Of a DNA stretch of 64,000 nucleotides, positions 23,947-37,756 are shown piece after piece (position 1 is the first letter of the stretch; each line of letters opens with the position of its first letter). Origin of the DNA: Chrysomallon squamiferum (Eukaryota > Animalia > Mollusca); contig CM022671.1 of assembly GCA_012295275.1 (NCBI GenBank), forward strand, positions 36,804,530-36,868,529. The letters run 5' to 3'. The notes under the pieces were generated by a model. It saw only the letters and a list, made by a program, of their open reading frames with translations, was not told the DNA's origin and made no database searches. The position numbers and the translations under genes are program-made.

Positions 23947-25086
23947 CATTTTCTAAACGTTTTCTATTATCGGAACACTTTCAAGTAAAATATATTTTTA
24001 AATGAATATTCATTGACACTGGAATCTGTTCTACTGTAAGACAACCAGTATTTGATAACTACAAATAAAGGTTTGAAAGCAAACACATACTTTGGTTAAA
24101 AAGTTGTGAGGCTAAATTACGTTAACCACACGGTGACCCGTGCTTGACCTTAATACCGTGTCATACGCAATTCATTTCTGCCTGGCGTCTGCTAATTACT
24201 GGTGAATGAGGAACAGGCCTCGACTGGTCTGGATAAACATGCATTCATAAAGCATTTATGTGGGTCTAATTAAATATTTGTCATTAATTATGTAATTAAC
24301 ACACACGCTGGACAGAAGCAAATTCCTTTTACTTTTTCATTTTCTTACTGAATAAACGTTTGGAAGTAACACAGGCTCAGTTTATTATTCTTGGATACAA
24401 AGTGAAATATTATTATTTTTTATCTACTTACATCGTATCAGTGGGAAGTTGTATAAGTTAACTGTTTAATTTATTAATACTTATTACATCTTTGTTATCA
24501 TCTTATTAATGTTTATGGTAACTATATTAAAGTTTGTGTTACAATTTTATTAAAGTTTATATGATATTACTCCTACTAATAAACAAGTAAATAAACAAAT
24601 AAACAAATATTTAGCACTCCAGTAATAACAACAAAAACAAACAAAACAAAACTAAACTAAAGAAAATAAAAGAAAAAAAAAAAAAAAGAGAAAGAAACAG
24701 TAATAAAATGAAATAAAATAAAATAAAATAAAATAAATAAAACAAGACAAATATTTATATAAGAAATGTAATCTTTAGAAATATATGTTTACAAATATTA
24801 GAATCTTTACGAATCTTATATATTTGACAAATTTATTCTTCTTTACGAATATGTCTGTTTTACAATTATATCTTTCACAATTATCGCTACATTTTGTTTC
24901 GTTTGAACAATACAAATTCTTATGACAGGCTGGTGAGAATTTCAATACTGAAGAATTATCTTTCATAGAAAAAACATTTCGCGCTTTATAAAAATAATAA
25001 CAATAACAATAACAATAATTATAACATAAATAAATAAAAATTAGATAAAGGATGAAAAAAATGCCTTAATGAAAAATTAGATAAAG

Positions 25087-25846
25087 GATGTCAGTATTTC
25101 TATAAAAAATGCCTAATGCGTCAATATTTATGACGATAACTAAAAATATTTCTAGATAACTAATATGAGACGTCAGTAATTTCTAGATAACTAATATGTA
25201 TTTCTATATAACTAATATGTCAGTATTTCTAGATAACTAATATGTCAGTATTTCTATATAACTAATATGTCAGTATTTCTATATAACTAATATGTCAGTA
25301 TTTCTATATAACTAATATGTCAGTATTTCTATATAACTAATATGTCAGTATTTCTATATAACTAATATGTCAGTATTTCTATATAACTAATATGTCAGTA
25401 TTTCTATATAACTAATATGTCAGTATTTCTAGATAACTAATATGTCAGTATTTCTATATAACTAATATGTCAGTATTTCTACATAACTAATATGTCAGTA
25501 TTTCTAGATAACTAATATGTCAGTATTTCTAGATAACTAATATGTCAGTATTTCTATATAACTAATATGTCAGTATTTTAGATAACTATAAATTTCTAAT
25601 ATGTCAGTATTTCTATATAACTAATATGTCAGTATTTCTAGATAACTAATATGTCAGTATTTCTATAAAACTAATATGTCAGTATTTCAAGATAACTAAT
25701 ATGTCAGTATTTCTATATAACTAATATGTCAGTATTTCTAGATAACTAATATGTCAGTATTTCTAGATAACTAATATGTCAGTATTTCTATAAAACTAAT
25801 ATGTCAGTATTTCTAAATAACTAATATGTCAATATTTCTAGATAAC
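25087..25846. repeat. 25-bp minisatellite, ~28 copies
   Basis: Unit ACTAATATGTCAGTATTTCTA(T/G)ATA; period 25 (ACTAA at 25261 and 25286). Confidence 0.97.
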
Positions 25847-26251
25847 CAGTGGACATTGTATTTCATTTAACCTGCGGAATTCTTTATATAGGTATTATGG
25901 TTGTGTTGTAGGTCTTACTGGTATTTGTGTATATTTTAAACTATGAAGTTCTTTTCTTCTGGATAAGCCCTATACTGTTGGTTTAAATAAGTGCCTGGTC
26001 TCAAGAAATCAGCTGGGACAGTTTATTCCGCAGAACGATCGTCAGCTATTTGTTGAGGAATTTTGCCCGCGGCAGTCACACCTTACACTTGTTGTTTGTT
26101 TGGAAGTGTACGCGCGCCATCTTACCACCGAAGTGGAAATATTACAGTTTTGTTCTTCTGATTCACACTCCCTCTGTCCATAACACAGAAACAGAAAAAA
26201 ACTATATGACAAGGATCAAAATTACAAAATAAATAAATAAATAAATAATTA

Positions 26252-26299
<48 letters not shown>

Positions 26300-26354
26300 G
26301 AAAAAGAAATAATGAATGTTTTTTTTTTAAAAGGAAGAACAAAAGGATAAACCC

Positions 26355-26420
<66 letters not shown>

Positions 26421-26449
26421 AAGAAGAAGAAGAAGAAAAAAGAAAGAAT

Positions 26450-27205
26450 TCTACGTCACTGCAAGCTGCTAGTTAGAAATATGATACGTCACTGTGTGCT
26501 CTCTAGTTATAAATAATAACATGGTACGTCACAATGTGCACTCTAGTTATAAATAATAACATGATACGTCACTGTGTGCTCTCTAGTTAGATATAATATG
26601 GGAATAATAATATGTTACATCACAGTGTGCTCTCTAGTTAGAAATAATAACATGATACGTCAGTGTGTGCTCTCTAGTTATAAATAATAACATGATACGT
26701 CACTGTGTGCTCTCTAGTTAGAAATAATAATGTGATACGTCACTGTGTGCACTCTAGTTAGAAATAATAATATGATACGTCACTGTGTGCTCTCTAGTTA
26801 GAAATAATATGGAAATAATAATATGTTACATCACAGCGTGCTCTCTAGTTAGAAATAATATGATACGTCACTGTGTGCTCTCTAGTTAGAAATAATAACG
26901 TGATACGTCACTGTGTGCTCTCTAGTTAGAAATAATATGGAAATAATAATATGATACGTCACTGTGTGCTCTCTAGTTAGAAATAATAATATGATACGTC
27001 ACTGTGTGCTCTCTAGTTAGAAATAATAATGTGATACGTCACTGTGTGCTCTCTAGTTAGAAATAATAATATGATACATCACTGTGTGCTCTCTAGTTAG
27101 GAATAATTATATGATACGTCACTGTGTGCTCTCTAGTTAGAATAATAATATGATACGTCACTGTGTGCTCTCTAGTTATAAATAATAATATGATACGTCA
27201 GTGCG
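26450..27205. repeat. 40-bp minisatellite, ~18 copies, most units carrying TACGTCA
   Basis: Unit TGATACGTCACTGTGTGCTCTCTAGTTAGAAATAATAATA; period 40 (26952 and 26992). Confidence 0.97.
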
Positions 27206-27339
27206 CACTTTAACATTATCATGATGATTATTATTATTGTTGCTTTTGATGTGATTATCGTCGTCATCATTGCTATTACATACACACACACACACACAGT
27301 TTCAAGTACTTTAAAATAAAGAATTATAAAAAGGTTATG

Positions 27340-27406
<67 letters not shown>

Positions 27407-27584
27407 CAGGTAGACAAGAGCAGTAGGTAGGTAGGTAATAAAAGTAATGGTTAGGTGAAAATGTTGGGATTCAGTAAAAAATGAAAGGTAGAATGGTGGG
27501 CTTATGCAAATGATTTATTACATAAATCAAATATTTAGACATAGTCTCTCTGCACAGATTGGTTACATCAAAACGAAAGGTCCT

Positions 27585-27620
<36 letters not shown>

Positions 27621-27660
27621 CTATACAGAAAATTGTTTACAGAAAAATACTACAGAGAAG

Positions 27661-27760
27661 GCTGGTTACATAAAAGACAATACAGAAAGTGGGTTACATA
27701 AAAAGACTACGTAGAAAGTTGGTTACATAAAAAGACTATATATATAAGGTTGGTTACAAA
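27661..27760. repeat. ~28-30 bp tandem repeat carrying GGTTACATAA (D-box), 3 exact + 1 degenerate copies
   Basis: GGTTACATAAAA at ~27664, 27692, 27721 and GGTTACAAA at ~27752. Confidence 0.8.
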
Positions 27761-28179
27761 TCGTGAAGAGACGGCATGGAGTGTAAGAGATGTAGTAACA
27801 GTTGTTATTCTACTCAGTACAGCACCGCGTTTAATTGTACAAGATGAATAAAACATCAAAGTAAACGATACTTAATAAAACAGCAGGCTTTTCATACACA
27901 CAGTACCACACCTGTCACACTGTTTAGTCTGATCTGTAGATAACCACGTGTACTACTAATCTGCAATTCCTGTAATGGGGGGGGATTTCTAAAATGGGAG
28001 GGGATGTTTGATACTGCATACATTCAGTGAATCACAAAATTAAATATTATTCTATTATTATTATTTTGTTCACATTTATTTTCTAACTCAGGATATCAGT
28101 AAAATATAAATATTTATATCAGCCCAATAACTGTTTGAATTTTTAAAACAAAATATTTACATTGCAAGTACTCTAATAA

Positions 28180-28455
28180 CGTTAAATTACAAACACTAAA
28201 AACATTCACGTCTTATATAACTAAAACAAATTTAATATATGCACGTGTTATTTAATAACACAAACATTTAAAATATACACGTTATATATAACTAAAACAT
28301 TTAACAAATCCATGTTATATAACTGAAAGAAACATTTAAAATATCCACGTGTTATATAACTAACACAAGCATTTAAACTATCGACGTTAAATAACTAACA
28401 CAAACATTTAATAATATCCACCTGTTATATAACAAATTTAAAGCATTCACGTTTA
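28180..28455. repeat. Degenerate ~35-bp tandem repeat
   Basis: Recurring CACGT(G)TTATATAACTAA(C/A)ACAAACATTTAAAATAT. Confidence 0.7.
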
Positions 28456-28618
28456 ATAAAAGCACTAGTTCAAATGTAAAATTCTAGGCATATCGCTTGT
28501 TGTGTTTTGTTGCGTTTTATACAGAATACAATCACGAAGAAGAAAATTTACTAAAGAATGCAGTTTGTAAAGGCAATTCCTTTCTTGTTACATCTTTTTT
28601 CCTTGTTCATATTTATAT

Positions 28619-28673
<55 letters not shown>

Positions 28674-28731
28674 TCTGAACACAAACATCAGAATTACATT
28701 TACTTATACACAGAACAGAAATAGTATAATT

Positions 28732-28811
<80 letters not shown>

Positions 28812-28824
28812 TTTTGAAAAATAC

Positions 28825-28858
<34 letters not shown>

Positions 28859-31800
28859 TAAATAAATAAATAAATAAATAAAAAAATAAATAAATAATAA
28901 AAATGAATGAATGAATGAATGATTTAAAATTTCAACTGATAAAAAAAAAATATCTACTTACATTAGTGTTTATCGGCGTCTATTTACTTAATCCAGCAAA
29001 AGTTGTATTCACCTCGCATTAATCGTATACAGTTCTAATGAAAACTGGTTTTTGTTTTATTTTAATGTATGTATGCAGTGTCGCGCACAATAACAGATGT
29101 ATCCAGAGTTATGTTAGTAGCATGTCATTATTTCAAACAACAAAAACAACAATAAAGCGATCAGGAGCGGCTCCAGCAACAACAACGTGCACAACGACGA
29201 CGATAACGACAACAACAACAACAACAACAACAATAAGAAAAAAAGAAGAGGAAGATATCCATTGTTATATTTGTGTTTTATAAATAGTTCTGCAAAATTT
29301 TTTTATTGTATTATTACCTGTTATATCATAACTAAATATTTGATAACAGTTTTAATTTTTATAGTGACCTATTTATTGTTCTGTATTACACAATGCCATT
29401 GCATAACATCTCATTCAAACAACATTTCTACATATAGTTGTAACAACCAGCTTTTGTCAGAACGAAATGGTGTTGTTAAACCCGATACTTTATAGATTTG
29501 AGGAAATTACTAAAACAGAGGAACATGGAAGTAAATAAAAACGAAAAAGAGAAACGAAAATGGAATCAAGGTACTTTTTTTTTAAATCACACACGCTCAA
29601 ATAAACATACAAGTGGCATATTGCATTTAGTACATTTTATGGCTAATGGCTTAATACTGATATACTAATACCATGCGATATAAAGAAATGTTTCACCCGA
29701 AGTATTATGTATGTTTATTACGTCATATGAGGTCAGAATTATGTTACAACATTAGACCAGTAATCACAGACGTTATGCCGTAACAAAAACAATCTACAAT
29801 CCTCAGCACACAGTATATGTGTATCATAATAATACTTACTTGCCTGGTTAAAAATGTTATTAAGCTTATCTGCAGTTTAAAATATGTATTTACATATATT
29901 CATTAACACACACAAATATATATATATATATATATGTTTAAAATTATGCATATAAACAAATACATACATACATACATACACATACATACACACACACAAA
30001 CATGCGCACACACATACATACAAACATAGCTGAAACTGTTCACAAATTCTAACTTAACAGTGACAATTCTAGTGGCAGTAATAGTATTAACAGTAGTAGA
30101 GCAGTAGTAAGTAAGAAAGCCTAGTAGAAAAGCAGTGCGTCATGAAAACATTGTTAATGTTTTATGTACACAGGGGCAGAGAGGCACTTGACGGTAAGTC
30201 TGGGCAGTGTTGGGGTCAAATCAGGGTGAAAAGGGTCAGTGTCAGAGGCGAACATTCTATTAATGGAATCATTGTTTTATTAATTTTTCTCTATAGTAAA
30301 CTGCATAGTATAAAACGATTTTATTCATTTATTTACAACATTTTATTTTGGTTTGAAATATACAACTACACCAATGTTAGCTGCGCCTGCATAGTTTCGA
30401 TATATGCTCCTGGCCACTTGAAACAAATGTGTCATTAAATTTATATTACATAACATAAACCTTATTTATAAAGACAGGACAGAAATAGAAAACATAAAAT
30501 TAAAAAGAAATACATAAAGTATAGCTTAATGTTGTGGTAAGTAAATCTGTAACTCAGCTACGGACATAACAAGTCTGCTGAGAAAAAGTAAAGAAGGGAG
30601 AAATTAAAAAAATCATCTGAAAATGAAACCGGTCTTCATTTTTTCTTTCGAGGTACGTTAGATTTTTATTTATATATATTTTTATTTTGAGGTATGTTAG
30701 ATTTTTACTAATATATATATATATTTTTAAATGTATTATTTTATAATAAAGCTGATTTTATAATTAATTATTTAACCTATTTTATCGACAATATTTTCTG
30801 AACGACAAATATTAATTAATTAATTAATTAGCTAGTAAGTTATATCAAATACAAACTTCAGAACAAACTTCAGAACAAACGAAAACATTGTTAGAAGTTA
30901 TTTTTCTCCTGTATTTGTATCCGTTGATTTATGCACATTTTAAATCTGTATTTTTGTTTTACACATGTCAATTTTCCAAACTGTAAACAAATCTATATTT
31001 ATTTATTTATTTATTTATTTATTTTTTTATCTGTTTATGGTTTTAGATTTTAAGGCTATATTTATTCATCTATTTCAAAGCTGTATTTGTATTTGTATTT
31101 TATTCTATTTTAAATTTTAAAGCTATAATTGTATTATTTTATATTTTTGACATTTTAAAGCTATAATTGTATTATTATTTTTTAAATTTATTTATTTATT
31201 CTTTCAAATATATTTTTGACATTTTAAAGCTATATTTTTTCATTGTACTTTTCGGTTGATTATAAACCTTTGTAAGTTTTATTAAAAGAAGTTAGAAAAA
31301 AAAAAAAAAAAATAAAAATAAAAAAAGAAGAATAATAGTAATAAACAGTTTTATAAATAGTGCTAAATTTAAAGTTATTGGAAATGAAAGAATGAAAAGA
31401 ACTGGAAACCAACACGTGTTAAGATAAATTGTACGGTTTCCGGGTACACAGTCACACATCTCAAATACGTATTATCCTGTTATCACGTGATTACACCAGA
31501 GTTCAGACACAGTTCATGGTAAGTGTTATACAGTGTTCATGTAAATAAGAAAACGGAGACGAGAAAGGCGTACAAATACCGTTCATTACAGATACTAAAC
31601 GTAAATAAACCCCAAGTAAAAAAAATACCATTATGTTTTAAAATTATATTAAAAAATTGTAATCAAAAGCAAACATTATTTTACTAACATGCCTAATAGT
31701 TTAAATAATAATAATAATAATAAATCAAAATGCGATAAATGTATTTTTCAGTTATGTACGTTTTAATGAAATGCTTGCAGGGCAGCAGATATAAACACTG

Positions 31801-31869
31801 TGAAAAATAATATCACTTTACACTTTATTTAAATGTACTTTTCACTTTAGTACATCAATATGTAAAAAC

Positions 31870-32690
31870 GATATGTAAAATATATACCTTAAAGTTTAAT
31901 ACTAATATGAAATAATAATAGTTTAATATGAATTATAAAAACATAATCATAATTTACACTTTAATAGTAATATAAAAAATGATAGTTTACAAGTTAATAC
32001 TCAAATAAACAGGATAGTTTACGCTTTAATATGAATTATAAAATCCGATAATTGACATATTACTACTAATATAAAAAGGATAGTTTGCACGTTACTATAA
32101 TATATAAAAAAGATAGTTTATACTTTAACATGAATTATAAAAAATTATAATTTACACTTTAATACTAATATAAAAAAACGATAGTTTATACTTTAATACT
32201 AATATTAAAAAAATGACAGTTTACACGTTAATATTAATATAAAAACGATAGTTTACACTTTAATATGAATTAAAAACAACTATAATTTACACTTTAATAT
32301 GAATTAAAAACAACTATAATTTACACTTTAATATTAATATATAAAAACGATAGTTTATACTTTAATACTAATATAAAAAAATGATAGTTTACACATTAAT
32401 ATTAATAAAAAACGATAGTTTACACTTTAATATGAATTATAAACAACTATAATTTACACTTTAATACTAATATATAAAAACGATAGTTCATACTTTAATA
32501 CTAATATAAAAAAATGACAGTTTACACGTTAATATTAATATAAAAACGATATTTTACACTTTAATATGAATTATAAAAATTTATAATTTACACTTTAATA
32601 ATAATATAAAAATAAATAGTTTACAATTTAATACTAATACAAAAAAAAAAAAAAAAAAAAACATTGCTAACACATTAATACTAATATAAC
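31870..32690. repeat. Degenerate ~33-bp AT-rich minisatellite with alternating unit types
   Basis: Recurring GATAGTTTACACTTTAATACTAATATAAAAA and TATAATTTACACTTTAATATGAATTA variants. Confidence 0.88.
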
Positions 32691-33105
32691 TTCATTTCTT
32701 CTTTTATTACATTTTGCATTTTCGGTGGAAGTTATTCAAAATATTTACATCTGTCTATCTGTATACCTGTCTCTGTGTGTGTCTGTGTGTATTGTCTTTC
32801 TGCCTGTATCTATAGACATCCATATACTCATATAAAGATTATATTGTTCACATCTGTTTTCAAAATCTTTGTTCAATATAATTTGAATCATAGCTCACTT
32901 TGAACAAATTAATTTATTTATTTTCGTGAATTTTGTTTTGTCTTTCTTTCTTAATTTTTAATTATATATATATTAAAGTCGAATTAAATTATTGGTGAAT
33001 TACATACATACATACATACACACCTTTAGTTATTTTAACTTACAAAATATTGATAACATCATCAGTTTGTACCGTCATAAATGAGAAAAATAAATAAACA
33101 ACAAC

Positions 33106-33161
<56 letters not shown>

Positions 33162-33299
33162 TAATAATAATAATAATCGTCATGATGATGATTATGATAT
33201 AATAATAATCAGTATACTAGTAGTAGTTATACTAGTAGCAGTAATGTGCTGATGACTTACAAGTCTTGTGAAAACACGAATTTATTTCATTCACAACTG

Positions 33300-33680
33300 T
33301 TCTACGTAAGAATACTTACATAGAAGGAACAAAGGCAACATACTACGTAACAATAACCCTGCCTGTTATTGGAAGGGGTGATGTAAAACAAAACCACCAC
33401 CCCTATGTGAAAGACTTGCGTAACCAGGTATACGTAACATACGAAGACGTAACAATTATTAACGTTTGAAGTGTTTCCGGTTATGTAGACGTTAGGTAAA
33501 AGCGGCATAATAACGGAAACAGGTGATGGACGGCAATAGAAGGAAAAGGCACATACCTTTATACAGCTTGTCGAAGTACGCCGCCGACTCGTCAATCTAT
33601 CTCGTTATGATATAGCTGACCGGTGGTCACTCACAGTGTCACTTGTTGAACTGCGAGGCTGACCAGACCAGCTGATTGGT
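33300..33680 (-). promoter_or_regulatory. Candidate promoter / non-coding first exon of the bZIP gene with adjacent homotypic cluster of D-box-like sites
   Basis: CCAAT box (CTGATTGGT 33672-33680) and minus-strand donor AAG|GTATGT at 33557/33556 (overlapping a TATAAAG). Seven sites one mismatch from TTAYGTAA lie in 33302-33488. No transcript data. Confidence 0.45.
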
Positions 33681-33959
33681 CGCCTGTGAGGTGTTTGGGC
33701 TACAGCCAGTTTCGTTTGTATTTTCTTTCTTACTTCCACTTACTTTTTTTTTTTTCATTTTCTCTGATTTCTGACTGTAATTAGTATAATTTTATTTTAT
33801 TTGTGAGTGTGCGTGTAAGTTTGCGTTTTAAATGGGTTTTTTTTTATTACGTTTAATTAAAACAAACATTAGCTTGTTCTAAAACTATATCTCTCCAGAA
33901 TTTCATAAATAATTTACAAGGCTGGAAGTAATAAGCAAATAACACTGACCACATTGGCG

Positions 33960-34055
33960 CTCACTTAGATTACGAAGTAAGTGACGTAAACGGCTGACAC
34001 GCTAGGAAACATTCACGGATTTGTGTAACTAGCCATGACTAATCACGTGACCATC
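33960..34055. promoter_or_regulatory. Candidate upstream element: TGACGTAA hybrid site and TCACGTGA E-box
   Basis: GTGACGTAAA at ~33981 and ATCACGTGAC with CACGTG at 34044-34049. Confidence 0.35.
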
Positions 34056-34708
34056 ATGGGTCATAAGACATTTTTAAAGTGCGTACTTAGAGGCCACGAC
34101 GTATTGTGTAGATACAATCCTGTGATAAGTAAACGTGAAAATAGAGCAAAAGCAGAAAAAAAAGAAAGAAAAACGAAAAGAATAAATAACTACTTAAACT
34201 AGTATGATATTGCAATAATGACAATAACAACAATACTAAAAATGAATGTTTTCAAAAGGTTATAATGTACGAACTAGCTGGTGTTATGTATAACATGTAT
34301 ATATAATACTGTTTGATAAACGTGTGTTTATGTGTACATACATACATATACATATGTATATATGTGTGTGTGTATATATACATATACATATATGTGTGTG
34401 TGTGTATATATATAATATAATATCCTGATATACATGTATATATAACATTATCTGTTGATAGATATAACATTATCTGTTTGATAGACATATATAAATAACA
34501 TCTATTTGACAGACAATTATATATAACGTTATCTGTTGATAGACATGTATATATAACATTATTTGTTTGATAGACATGTATATATAGTATTATATGTTTG
34601 ATACACACACATATCCGCACAATACATATACACACGCTCGCACGCAGACACATGCAAAACACACACATACATACATACATACATATATATATACATATTT
34701 ACATATCT

Positions 34709-34763
<55 letters not shown>

Positions 34764-35268
34764 TATCATTGTATATCTAATATAATCTGTTTGCTATAAA
34801 TGTATGCGTTTTGGGGTTTTTTTTTTTTTTTTTCATTGAAAACTGCTTTACTGAAATTTAGTTTTGTCAGTGCTGTTTTAATTTTTTTTTATATTACACA
34901 GAGGGAAACGAAACAGGCTTTTAAAGCATCATTTATTACATTGTTTAATTAAAACAGCAGATGTCAAACGCAATATGTTGTTGAATTGTTAAGTGACATT
35001 TAAAACGATCCTGTTTTGAATATATTTACATCTGATTTGTAAAGCAGTAAGTTAATATATGTTTAAGGTTTAAAGGAAACGTGAGTACAGTTTCTTACTG
35101 TGAAGAACAACAACAGACTGGTTTCATTTTCTTTAAAGGGAATGTAAGTCGTGAAATTCGTGAAAGATTCCTGTGACAAAAACCAAAAAACTAAAAGTAA
35201 ATATGAAGGGATAAATTAAAAACTTTAATAAAATCCAATAATATAATATTAATAACGTGATCTTGTTA

Positions 35269-35318
<50 letters not shown>

Positions 35319-35579
35319 GTTGTTGTTGTTGTTGTTGTTATTATAATAATAACAAATAAATAAATGAATAAAGAAACACATAAACAGATGTGAAAATTAG
35401 TTTTAGTAAATAAAAAAAAAAAAAAAAAAGTATTTAAGTAACATTAAATGAAATTACTTAACTATATAAATAAATGAACAGTTTCAAAATAGGGCGTGTT
35501 TATTATACATTTAAAAGTAATTTAATCTGATGTTGGTCTGTTTTTCATCGAATAAACTGAAATGTAAAACATCTAGAAA

Positions 35580-35815
35580 TAGCGTTAGGGCAGCGAAGCG
35601 AAAGATTTCAAATTATTTGTCACACAGCTCGCCGTGTCTCTCACACGTAGAACTTGGTGTAGACAAATTATCACCTCGCTACAACAATCAGCCACGTGCG
35701 TTCTTTATCTGGCCAAGCACCGCGCCCCGCCCACCTGATTAAACCCGTCTGCTGCCTGTTATTCTAGGTGACCGCCTGCCTGCCTGCGTCCAATAGCGTA
35801 GTGAAGCGATCGTGA
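35580..35815. promoter_or_regulatory. GC-enriched promoter-like island (E-box, GC box, CCAAT)
   Basis: CACGTG 35693-35698, GCCCCGCCCA 35724-35733, CCAAT ~35790; CpG-containing island amid AT-rich DNA. Confidence 0.4.
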
Positions 35816-36839
35816 AAGAAGAAGAAGAAAAAAGTATTTTGTTACACTCCTTTTTATCAGTAAATATCTGCTACATTTCTCACAGCTGCTCATCTGTGTA
35901 ACACGGAATGATGTCTGTTTATTACAAAAAAATGAAAGTAAACAGACAGAAAATCAAGAACAGCAAAACAGCTCTAACTATTAGTAGTATAGTAGGAGTT
36001 TTGTAATAATTTGATTTATTTACCTGTTAAAATGTATAAGTATTATTTACTGTTCACTTTTGGCTCTTAAAAGTTAGATTTATGCAAACATATGAACTCA
36101 GTAATAATATACATTTATTATCTGCGAAATAAGAAAAATCTATTGCACAATGTATAATGGAAGTCAAATATTGCTACATTAAGAGTATTATATATATATA
36201 TATATATATAATTCACAGTAATATCTTTAACTTTGATAGTTTTACTTGTACCCCTGTAATTTACAACTGATGGTTGTGATGATAAATAAAACTTAATCAT
36301 ATTTGTGATATATTTTATTAGCGATCTCTGATGTAGCGTCATAACGGTTTCTCTTTTGTCCGGCAGTAATTATTAATTACTGAGAATGGCAGAAACCTAA
36401 TTTCCAATTTGACATTTGATCTCGTTGTGAGCCACCGATGACAACGACCAAAATTACCCGACATTTTCTCATCCTGCTTGAGAATTAGTGTAAAATTACA
36501 ATGAGCAGCTGATGGCGACTTAAAGTGACGTAATGGACGAAGAGTGGACGGGTCATCGAGTATTGGACGTACGTTACGCTCAGACTACTTATTACTCGGG
36601 TTGTGCCATAAAGCATGACCAGGTCATACATCTTAACTGAGCGAGGGGCTTCAGTGAACAACACTAATAAATATTTCGAGAACAAAAAAAAATCATAAAC
36701 TCTAGAATGTGACATTATTATAACTAGTATTACATATTACATATTACATATTTGTATTATGGTTATCTGTTACATACTAGAAATGTTCATTATATACCTG
36801 TATAGACATACAGAACAAAGTATAATGTATGTCTCTATC

Positions 36840-37028
36840 TGTAAGTATGTGTTTGTATTTTTGTATGTATCTATGTGTGTGTGTTTATATCTGTTTGCAT
36901 ATGTGTGTGTGTATGTTTGCGTGTGTGTGTGTTTATATCTGTTTGCATATGTGTGTGTATGTTTGCGTGTGTGTGTGTTTATATCTGTTTGCATATGTGT
37001 GTGTATGTTTCTGTCGGTATGTGTGTGT

Positions 37029-37075
<47 letters not shown>

Positions 37076-37305
37076 TGTGTGTGTGTATGTGTGTGTATGT
37101 TTCTGTCGGTATGTGTGTGTGTGAGTGTGTGTGTGTGTGAGTGTGTGTGTATGAGTGTGTATGTGTGTGAGTGTGTGTGTGTATGTTTCTGTCGGTATGT
37201 GTGTATGTGAATGTGTGTGTGTGTGTGTGTGTGTGTGAGTGTGTGTGATTGTATGAGTGCGTGTTTATGTGTATGTTTCTGTCGGTATGTATGTGTGTGT
37301 GTTTC
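36840..37305. repeat. (TG)n-based compound repeat with interspersed TTTATATCTGTTTGCATA and TATGTTTCTGTCGGTA units
   Basis: Direct reading. Confidence 0.92.
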
Positions 37306-37717
37306 AACATGTATGTATTTTGTACAACATAGTGCTACAGCCCCAGGCTAGACTTACTTACTGGGATGAAATGCTTTACAGCTTTTCTCTCAAATTCTTC
37401 TTGTACTGTAATTGTCTAACATTCTCTGCGAGATTATCGTTAACAGTATCCAGAGGGTATCCCAGCGAATCGGGTTTAGGTAGAAAATACAAGTTAGATT
37501 TAAAGTGTAACACAGTGTGTGTTTACTTGGGGACAAAAACGAAATTCTCCTTTTAAAATGTCCTGTTTGTGACGAAGCTGAGACGTGTTAGTACAGACAT
37601 GCACAGCGATACGAGTGTGTAAGTATAGATACATACAGACAGAAAGAAGTAAAATATAAATACATACATACACACAGACCCACACATACAACACGTGCAC
37701 GCAGACAGATAATGTTT

Positions 37718-37753
<36 letters not shown>

Positions 37754-37756
<3 letters not shown>

